Shown: in pieces, positions 26,043 through 32,000 of the stretch
How the letters are laid out: each line of letters opens with the position of its first letter
Numbering within the stretch: position 1 is the stretch's first letter
Source of the DNA: Planctopirus limnophila DSM 3776
Lineage (GTDB): Bacteria; Planctomycetota; Planctomycetia; Planctomycetales; Planctomycetaceae
Length of the DNA stretch: 32,000 nt
Direction of reading: 5' to 3'
Assembly: GCF_000092105.1 (NCBI RefSeq)
Contig: NC_014148.1
Coordinates: 4,080,001-4,112,000, forward strand
Position numbers and translations under genes: made by a program
Notes under the pieces: generated by a model
Seen by the model: only the letters and a program-made list of their open reading frames with translations
Told to the model about the DNA's origin: nothing
The model's database searches: none

Positions 26043-26798
26043 ATGACCCGTATCCATCACATCAACTGCGGCACTCTTCTCGTCCCGGGGTATCCCACGG
26101 TCGTCTGCCATTGCCTGTTGCTGGAAGACGCGAAAGGGCTGGCACTTGTCGATAGTGGTATCGGCCTCCTCGATGTTCAGAACCCGCTGGAACGTGTGGG
26201 GCAGCCGCTCATTGATCTGGCAGGCTTTCAGTTCCATGAGCACGATACCGCCATCCGCCGGATCGAAGCGCTCGGGCTTAAGCCGCAGGATGTCCGACAT
26301 ATTGTGCTCACTCATGCTGATCCCGATCATGCGGGGGGCCTGGCCGATTTCCCTGAAGCGAAAGTCCATCTGGCAGCTGAAGAGCGGGCCGCCTTGGAAA
26401 CCGGCCACTGGCGATATCTCCGCATTCAATTTGCCCATGGCCCTCAGTGGGAGACCTACAGCTCATCCCCGCAAATGTGGTTCGGCCTCGAAGCCCGCGA
26501 AGTCGCTCTGGGCTTTGAAGCGCAGGTCCTGCTGATTCCACTCTTTGGCCATACCCGTGGCCATTGCGGCGTTGCTATTTCCCAGGGAAACCGCTGGATG
26601 CTCCATGTCGGCGATGCCTACTACCTTAAGGCCGAACTCACCGTCGAGAATCACCCCGTGGATGCCATGGCCACTCAACGCGCCGATGACGATCGTCTAC
26701 GCCGGGCAAGTCTTGAACAGCTCCGCCGCCTGGCCCGCGATCATGCCGACGAAATCGATATGGTCGGCTATCACGATCTGACAGAGCTCCCCGATTAA
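26043..26798 (+). CDS. MBL-fold metallo-hydrolase
   Basis: HIVLTHADPDHAGG is the HxHxDH-type zinc motif. Downstream His/Asp ligands are present (FGHTRGH, HVGDAYY). ATG at 26043 (MTRIHHINCG); the ORF opens with TTG at 26019. Confidence 0.85.
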   Translation: MTRIHHINCGTLLVPGYPTVVCHCLLLEDAKGLALVDSGIGLLDVQNPLERVGQPLIDLAGFQFHEHDTAIRRIEALGLKPQDVRHIVLTHADPDHAGGLADFPEAKVHLAAEERAALETGHWRYLRIQFAHGPQWETYSSSPQMWFGLEAREVALGFEAQVLLIPLFGHTRGHCGVAISQGNRWMLHVGDAYYLKAELTVENHPVDAMATQRADDDRLRRASLEQLRRLARDHADEIDMVGYHDLTELPD

Positions 26799-26904
26799 AG
26801 CCATGTCATGCCGCTTTGCGACGCGATCAGTCATTCCCGGCAGGACCATGCGTCATCATACGATCGATCACCCAACTGGTGATTGACTTACTGATCATTG
26901 ACTC

Positions 26905-27660
26905 ATGGAGGCGGCTGCGGCATTCTACTTGCCATTTCACCTGCCGTGGGTGACATCTGGCCATTCGCTTTGTCGAGATTTTCATCAAATGCCATACCCG
27001 GAATTTCGTGGTCGCGCCTGGATGCACCAGATGCAAGGCTATATGGTCCTGGTTGTCCCTGGCGGATTGTTTGCGCTGTGTGGTGGATTGCTCGTATGGA
27101 TTCTGCTGACTTCGAACAAGCCATTTGGTCCTGGGGTCGCCGTCCTGTCCGGGATCACGCTTTTCTTCTGGCTGATCACCTGGGGCCTGTATCACCTGGC
27201 GGCTAAACATCATTTCACGCTGGCACGGGCCATGCGAGAACCGAGGATTCTCGTTTGCTGCGAAGGTCTGCGCGTGAGGACTTTTTCGAGCAGTTACCTG
27301 GAAGAATTGCAATCCACTCTCGGTTCGCAGCCTTCACCTAATTTCGATTTATTTGATCGCGATGGGGATGCCGAGGTCATCTGGGTTCCGTGGGATCTCA
27401 TCCGAGAGATCAAGGTTGATAAGAATCTCCTGCAGAGCACGCTTGTCATCAAGATGCATGTCCTGCGTGGAGTTCCAGAAGATACCGCAGGATACGAGAT
27501 CATTGGCGGCATACACATTACGCTGCCGGATGTGGAACTCGCCCAGTCACCAAAACATATCGCTGAGAAACTCAACGATTGGCTGTCATCTCCAGCCACC
27601 CGCGAACAACTCGAACCTCACCCGGCGTTTCCGGTCGATGTGACGGTGAATACACGGTAG
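26905..27660 (+). CDS. Hypothetical membrane protein (two TM helices)
   Basis: 251-aa ORF with TM segments MVLVVPGGLFALCGGLLVWILL and VAVLSGITLFFWLITWGLYHL, then a soluble C-terminal domain. The start is uncertain; several in-frame Met codons lie before the first TM. Confidence 0.55.
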   Translation: MEAAAAFYLPFHLPWVTSGHSLCRDFHQMPYPEFRGRAWMHQMQGYMVLVVPGGLFALCGGLLVWILLTSNKPFGPGVAVLSGITLFFWLITWGLYHLAAKHHFTLARAMREPRILVCCEGLRVRTFSSSYLEELQSTLGSQPSPNFDLFDRDGDAEVIWVPWDLIREIKVDKNLLQSTLVIKMHVLRGVPEDTAGYEIIGGIHITLPDVELAQSPKHIAEKLNDWLSSPATREQLEPHPAFPVDVTVNTR

Positions 27661-27700
27661 TTTGGACAAACTCGTTGCGGGTGAAGTATTGTCTCTTAAA

Positions 27701-27776
27701 GTAGGGTGCATGCCAATGCACCAGCTCAGGGTGAAATGCAAATGCTGGTGTATTCCGAAGACTCCATGCACCCTAC
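27701..27776 (+). repeat. REP doublet (REPIN-like), family B, copy 2
   Basis: gtagggtgcatgccaatgcacca ... ctggtgtattccgaagactccatgcaccctac. Same orientation and architecture as 25426-25512, with a different central spacer. It abuts the RAYT remnant. Confidence 0.85.
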
Positions 27777-28078
27777 TCCAGATGCATGCCATTGACGTGG
27801 ACTGGTTCGGTACGTCCCCATTCTTTGAAATAATGCCCTAACCGAACAAATTTACGGAATGTGGAATGCTCCCAGTCCCACGGCCTAGCGGCGAGTCCAT
27901 GTTTCACCGGATTGTAGTGGATATAGTCAAAATGGGCTTCCAGATCCTGTTCATCGCGGATTAGGTGCTCCCAAAATCGTCGTTGCCAGATACCCTTGCT
28001 TCCACGCCGCAGCCGATTACTTGACGTTGCCGATTCTTCGCTGATTTTCCTTCGGCTGAAACTTTTGAGTTGAGCTAA
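27773..28078 (-). pseudogene. 5'-truncated REP-associated tyrosine transposase (RAYT, IS200/IS605 Y1 family) remnant
   Basis: My manual minus-strand translation gives ...SSNRLRRGSKGIWQRRFWEHLIRDEQDLEAHFDYIHYNPVKHGLAARPWDWEHSTFRKFVRLGHYFKEWGRTEPVHVNGMHLE*. This matches the C-terminal half of RAYTs (compare E. coli YafM IWQPRFWEHAIR...DYIYINPVKHG). There is no start codon. The frame is closed by TAA at 28079-28081. The HUH-containing N-terminal half is absent. Confidence 0.8.
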
Positions 28079-28136
28079 TTAGAAGCACAACAGATCTCAA
28101 GAGACGCCATTTCGAAGACCGTGACAACTTAGAGGA

Positions 28137-28166
28137 TTGATCGACTCGCAGATTCTTCTTTATAGT
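28137..28166 (+). promoter_or_regulatory. Possible sigma70-like promoter for the J-domain gene
   Basis: TTGATC (28137-28142), an 18-nt spacer, then TATAGT (28161-28166), about 40 bp upstream of the ATG at 28208. Promoter consensus in this lineage is uncertain. Confidence 0.2.
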
Positions 28167-28207
28167 AGCATTTAGACAAGTGATCATCAAAAGTCGGAAG
28201 TGCTATA

Positions 28208-29311
28208 ATGAATCTCGATGAAGCATGCCAAATTCTAGGAGTAACGAAGGGTTGCAAGCTCGACTCGGTTAAAAAGCGTCATCGGTTACTTGTTCAGGTT
28301 TGGCATCCGGATCGTTTCTCAGAAAACTCATCGACTCGGAAAGCGGCTGAAGCAGAGTTGAAGGAAGTGAACGCAGCAATTGAGTTAATTGAACGTACGC
28401 GTCCTGAGGAGTGGAACTCAGAGTCGTCCTCCGCCAACCAATCTGGTCGCCGTGAAGCTCAAAAAGCTGCAGTGTGGGCAGATGCCCAACGGGAGGTGAA
28501 GGCTGCTGAGGTGGAAGCGGAGAAGCAAAAGGCGGCTGCTTGGGCGGAGAGAGAAAAGCAACGGCAAAAGGAATGGCTTAATGAGTCTCGAAAAGCTGCG
28601 TTATACACAAAAGTTAGGTGTCGCTGGCTGACTCCTCTGTTCGGTCGATTTGCAATTGCCAGTGCATCAATTCTGGCATTTACCATAGTTGTGTGGCTAT
28701 CTCTGCATGAGTACCGAAAGTTGCTTCAGCTTGAAATTGATCGAGAAATCAAAGCAGGAATCATCACTGAATCAAGATTACAAGCCGCATTGGCCATCGA
28801 GAAGGTGTCTGAATCCGCACTACGAAAAGAGGAATTGTCCACTGCACGCATGCGAGAACTTATGATTCAAGATGAAATCGAACTGTCTTCTATTGTAAAT
28901 GATATTCGCAGATCGCTTCTAGAGGCAGACCTAGGCGATGCCAACCAATTGGAGCGGAACGCCATAACCATAAAACAGAACTGGCAAGAACGGTATTCAC
29001 TGTCTATTCGTAAGTCACTCATCTTGCAATTAGCGAAAGCATCGCCAGCAACGAGGGTGTTGGAGGCGGAAAACAGCAGAAAAAGTGTTGTTGAGCGGCG
29101 TAAAGAAGTTCGGGAATCACTGAAGCTGGCTGCTGCAAATGAATATCGCATTCTCAAAGACGAGATCGACAACAGTGATGCCTCTCTAGAAGAAAAATCA
29201 GTACGAAGCATCTATCTTGATCATATCTACAGTGCAGCAATCATCGGAATTGACCGGCTTTCGCTTGTGCAGCTTGAAGAAGTGAAGAGCGAGATGGCCA
29301 GCGGGTCATAG
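28208..29311 (+). CDS. Membrane-anchored J-domain (DnaJ-like) protein with a long helical C-terminal region
   Basis: N-terminal J domain: ACQILGV...SVKKRHRLLVQVWHPDRF...AEAELKEVNAAIELI, with HPD at 28304-28312. A charged A/E/K-rich linker follows, then TM FAIASASILAFTIVVWLSL and ~200 aa of helical, coiled-coil-like sequence. GC is visibly lower than in surrounding genes. Confidence 0.8.
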   Translation: MNLDEACQILGVTKGCKLDSVKKRHRLLVQVWHPDRFSENSSTRKAAEAELKEVNAAIELIERTRPEEWNSESSSANQSGRREAQKAAVWADAQREVKAAEVEAEKQKAAAWAEREKQRQKEWLNESRKAALYTKVRCRWLTPLFGRFAIASASILAFTIVVWLSLHEYRKLLQLEIDREIKAGIITESRLQAALAIEKVSESALRKEELSTARMRELMIQDEIELSSIVNDIRRSLLEADLGDANQLERNAITIKQNWQERYSLSIRKSLILQLAKASPATRVLEAENSRKSVVERRKEVRESLKLAAANEYRILKDEIDNSDASLEEKSVRSIYLDHIYSAAIIGIDRLSLVQLEEVKSEMASGS

Positions 29312-29527
29312 ATCGTTGATAGGCTCAGATGCATTGTTTTGAAGAACGATAAACTGCTCCTCGATAGTCTCAAAAGTCTGGCGATCTACCCATTTGTGGC
29401 GTTCTGTCGCAAAGTCGCCACTGCCGTTCTCAAGCTGCTGAAGAAAGCGACTCCTCCCCACGACGCCCATCCGCTGCTGCATCGCGTTCATATCTTTCGG
29501 AGAAGTCTTTTCAAGCCTTCGTGACAT
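29306..29527 (-). CDS. Small hypothetical protein (73 aa)
   Basis: ORF 29306-29530 (TTG, then ATG at 29527). It is convergent with the J-domain gene and overlaps its 3' end by 6 nt. No motif recognised. Confidence 0.35.
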   Translation of the reverse strand: MSRRLEKTSPKDMNAMQQRMGVVGRSRFLQQLENGSGDFATERHKWVDRQTFETIEEQFIVLQNNASEPINDL

Positions 29528-29545
29528 CAAGAATTTCAGTTAATT

Positions 29546-29591
29546 AGAGAAAATGCGGCGACAGATTCCAAGCTGGAAGCCTGCCGCCGCA
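29546..29591 (-). terminator. Intrinsic-terminator-like hairpin on the minus strand
   Basis: Stem tgcggcgacag (29554-29564) / ctgccgccgca (29581-29591) is 11 bp with 1 mismatch and a 16-nt loop. On the minus strand it is followed by TTTTCTCT (complement of 29546-29553). It lies about 110 bp downstream of the 44-aa ORF. Confidence 0.35.
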
Positions 29592-29700
29592 ATCTATCTT
29601 ACCACAATAAAATCGTGATTCGTGGTGATGCGTCTATCTACCACGGCTTGCCACGCATTAAAAGTTAAAGTGTGGACAGTTCAACCCTTAAGACAGAGCA

Positions 29701-29835
29701 TTACTTCTTTTTTGCACTACCCTTTTGAGAAAGTGCCGATCCTGCAGCCGACTTTGAATCCTTTCCAGTTCGACCATCTTTCAGAACCCGAGAGGCGGCT
29801 GATGCAGCATTGTCGCTAGTCTTCTTATCAGTCAT
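29701..29835 (-). CDS. Unlisted 44-aa Lys/Ser/Ala-rich small protein
   Basis: My manual translation gives MTDKKTSDNAASAASRVLKDGRTGKDSKSAAGSALSQKGSAKKK*. GGAG lies 7 nt upstream of the ATG (cggagatttggaATG on the minus strand). It is below the 60-aa cutoff of the ORF track. Confidence 0.4.
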   Translation of the reverse strand: MTDKKTSDNAASAASRVLKDGRTGKDSKSAAGSALSQKGSAKKK

Positions 29836-30029
29836 TCCAAATCTCCGATAAGGCAACAGCTCAATTATGGCTGTCTAGAACAGAGGAACCAAGCAGCGAC
29901 ATTCAATTGAATAGTCATAATCTGCAGGCCCATCACCTATATAACACCATTGGTGTGACAAACGTTCGCCGAAAATATAGAGAAACCTATGTGGAACCTC
30001 AGTATTAATTCGCCGTGAGATTCAAATAC

Positions 30030-30061
30030 CTGGTGCATTCCGCGGACTCCATGCACTCTAC
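30030..30061 (+). repeat. Single REP unit (half element), family B, copy 3
   Basis: ctggtgcattccgcggactccatgcactctac matches the right-hand unit of the 25426 and 27701 elements with a few substitutions. It lies just upstream, on the plus strand, of the nrdJ terminator. Confidence 0.7.
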
Positions 30062-30074
30062 CTCAATCTGGACG

Positions 30075-30110
30075 TGAAAAAAGGCCCCGACTTTTGGTCG
30101 GGGCCTTTTC
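30075..30110 (-). terminator. Rho-independent terminator downstream of nrdJ (structurally bidirectional)
   Basis: Stem ggccccgac (30083-30091) / gtcggggcc (30097-30105) with loop ttttg. It is flanked by an A-run (30077-30082) and a T-run (30106-30109). On the minus strand the hairpin is followed by TTTTTT, about 15 nt after the nrdJ stop. Confidence 0.75.
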
Positions 30111-30123
30111 TATTCGCATGGCA

Positions 30124-32000
30124 CTAACTGCAGCCGAGGCTGGTGCCGCAGTTGTGGCAGAGGTAGCAGGCTCCGTTTCTTACGGTGATTGAGCCGCAAT
30201 TGCTACAGGCGGGGGCGTCGGTCTGGAAGCGGCTGAACTGCTGGCTCCGGGATTGATCCAGAACATGGAGTTCAGCGTGCGTGCTTCCATTCGTTTTGCC
30301 ATGGTTGGCGTGACCGTTAGACGTATGCCCGTTGGTGGTATGACTGCCGTTTGTCCCGGAGGTTGGCAGAGGTGCGTGAATTCGCTTTTCCAGTGAAGCT
30401 GGCAGCTTATCACTCCCCTTGATCTCCGGCTTCAGGCTGCCGTTCAAGCCGTGTGCTTTGCCGGCCGGAGTCGCAGGTGCGGCCCCGGCCACGCGATGAC
30501 TTTCGGCACTCTCGCCTTCTTCAGCAGAGGCCGCTTCGGCTCGCCGCGGGACGTTAGCCTCACGGAAGCCAGGCATGAACTGGATTGCCATCCAGCGGAA
30601 GATGTAGTCAACCACACTCTTCGCGTTCGGGATATCCGGGTTCTGTGTCCAGCCCGAAGGTTCGAACCGGCTGTGCGAGAATTTCTCGACCAGGACTTCC
30701 AGCGGTACGCCGTACTGGAGGCACATCGAGGTTTCCGTCCCGATGACGTCCATCAGGCCGCCGATGGTTGAACCTTCTTTAGCCATACTGATGAAGAGTT
30801 CGCCCGGTGTGGCATCTTCAAACAGACCGACAGTGATGTAACCTTCATGCCCGCCCACCGAGAACTTATGCGTGAGCGAGTGGCGGGTGGTGGGCAACCG
30901 GCGGCGGACAGGCTGGCCTGGAGCCACTTCCTTATTGCCATCGCCTCCCTTCTTCACGTTGAGTGGCTGGCTTTGCTTGGAACCGTCGCGATAGACAGCC
31001 AGTGCCTTCAGGCCCAGTCGCCAGCCTTCGGCATAAGCCTTTTCGATGTCTTCCACTGTCGAATCGGCAGGCATGTTGACCGTCTTGGAAATCGCACCTG
31101 AGAGGAACGGCTGAGCAGCCGCCATCATCTTGATGTGAGCACGCCACTGAATGCTGCGTGTTCCACTGGCAGGCTTGAAGGCACAGTCGAAGACTGCGAG
31201 ATGATCTGGTGAAAGATCGGTCGCCGCTTCGATGGTGTCGTGCTCTTCGATGGCCTTGACGATCCGCTCGACTTCGGGGGAATCGTAGCCAAGGGTCTTC
31301 AGAGCGAGTGGCACAGTGCGATTGACGATCTTCATCAAGCCGCCACCAGCCAATTGCTTGTACTTCACGAGAGCGATATCGGGCTCAATGCCCGTGGTAT
31401 CGCAATCCATCATGAAGGCAATGGTTCCCGTCGGTGCAAGGACTGTGGCCTGGCTGTTGCGGAAGCCGAAACGGCGACCACTATCGACCACATCATCCCA
31501 CACTTCTTCGGCTGCCTTGCGAAGTTCTTCGGGGCAAGACGAATCGATGCGATCGACGGCATCGCGATGCATACGCATCACGCGGAGCATTGGATCGGCA
31601 TTGTTGCGATAGCCCTCGAAGGGGCCGGCGAAAGCTGCAATTCGCGAAGAAGTGAGGTAAGCCTGACCGGTGAGCAGAGAGGTCAGTGCTCCGCAAATCC
31701 CGCGGCCAGCCGCACTGTCGTAAGGAATGCCCATCGACATGAGGAGGCTGCCCAGGTTGGCATAGCCCAGACCAAGCGGACGGTACTTGTGGCTGTTGGC
31801 AGCGATCTGTGGAGTCGGATAGCTGGCGTGATCGACCAGAATTTCCTGGGCTGTCAGGAAGATATTGATCGCGGAACGGTAGCGTTCGACATCGAAGCGA
31901 CCATCTTCCCGCTGGAACTTGCGCAAGTTCAAGCTGGCAAGGTTACAAGCGGTATCATCGAGGAACATGTATTCCGAGCAGGGGTTCGATGCATTGATGC
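30124..32000 (-). CDS. nrdJ: Class II (adenosylcobalamin-dependent) ribonucleotide reductase, C-terminal ~625 aa; N-terminus lies beyond the window
   Basis: FLDDTACNLASLNL, QATVLAPTGTIAFMMDCDTTGIEPD, ISKTVNMP and AVYRDGSK are hallmark RNR class II blocks. C-terminal Zn ribbon CSNCGS...CYLCHNCG. The reading frame stays open to position 32000. Confidence 0.9.
   Translation of the reverse strand, partial: INASNPCSEYMFLDDTACNLASLNLRKFQREDGRFDVERYRSAINIFLTAQEILVDHASYPTPQIAANSHKYRPLGLGYANLGSLLMSMGIPYDSAAGRGICGALTSLLTGQAYLTSSRIAAFAGPFEGYRNNADPMLRVMRMHRDAVDRIDSSCPEELRKAAEEVWDDVVDSGRRFGFRNSQATVLAPTGTIAFMMDCDTTGIEPDIALVKYKQLAGGGLMKIVNRTVPLALKTLGYDSPEVERIVKAIEEHDTIEAATDLSPDHLAVFDCAFKPASGTRSIQWRAHIKMMAAAQPFLSGAISKTVNMPADSTVEDIEKAYAEGWRLGLKALAVYRDGSKQSQPLNVKKGGDGNKEVAPGQPVRRRLPTTRHSLTHKFSVGGHEGYITVGLFEDATPGELFISMAKEGSTIGGLMDVIGTETSMCLQYGVPLEVLVEKFSHSRFEPSGWTQNPDIPNAKSVVDYIFRWMAIQFMPGFREANVPRRAEAASAEEGESAESHRVAGAAPATPAGKAHGLNGSLKPEIKGSDKLPASLEKRIHAPLPTSGTNGSHTTNGHTSNGHANHGKTNGSTHAELHVLDQSRSQQFSRFQTDAPACSNCGSITVRNGACYLCHNCGTSLGCS

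Noticed and set aside
12906-26818. Shared 12-mer catgccgctttg at about 12910 and about 26806
   Set aside because: Exact 12-mer matches are expected by chance tens of times in a 32-kb window when both strands and all pairs are considered. The flanks do not align.
29622-29819. 65-aa plus-strand ORF in the low-GC islet
   Set aside because: It has no ATG start or SD. It overlaps the better-supported minus-strand 44-aa ORF, which has GGAG, an ATG and a terminator. The composition is not convincing.
1-32000. Scan for tRNA, rRNA, tmRNA and riboswitch-like elements
   Set aside because: I found no cloverleaf-compatible segment with a GTTCGAATC-type T-loop and no rRNA-like stretch by eye. This is a weak negative; tRNAscan-SE or Infernal should be run to confirm.

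Overview
About 32 kb of bacterial chromosome, roughly 50-55% GC on lines I sampled by eye. It is densely coding on both strands. The gene content is a giant PEGA/PD40/DUF1080 lipoprotein, a CotH-VTC-DUF4956 cluster, Pro/Gly-rich secreted proteins, FtsX/MacB-type ABC exporter genes and a class II RNR with a C-terminal Zn ribbon. From this I infer a Planctomycetota-like genome; this is not proven.

Most of the window is ordinary metabolism and envelope functions: HpcH-type aldolase, Rieske protein, PP2C/SpoIIE phosphatase, alkaline phosphatase, SlyX, an ABC exporter, an alpha/beta hydrolase, an MBL hydrolase and NrdJ.

The best candidate for a new system is a translationally coupled three-gene cassette at 528-4024, flanked by about 0.4-0.5 kb of non-coding DNA on each side. 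It encodes a nuclease-like effector with a degenerate Mrr-type motif, a small winged-helix-like middle protein, and a Rad50/SMC-like ABC ATPase with a long coiled-coil insert carrying a central CxxC hook. This is the architecture of Lamassu / ABC-3C conflict systems, but the components look divergent and the effector is unplaced.

The right part of the window (25.4-30.1 kb) is accessory-like:
- GTAG-type REP/REPIN palindromes.
- A decapitated REP-associated tyrosine transposase (RAYT) that is absent from the ORF track.
- A low-GC islet with a membrane-anchored J-domain protein.
- Small unlisted ORFs.

A second ~98-bp palindromic repeat family occurs at 12.5 kb and 22.4 kb. Two tandem-repeat tracts sit in regulatory positions: a heptamer microsatellite inside the ABC operon and a 19-bp repeat upstream of the phosphatase gene.

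I recognised no rRNA, tRNA or CRISPR array. All homology statements are motif recognition by eye. No database search was run.
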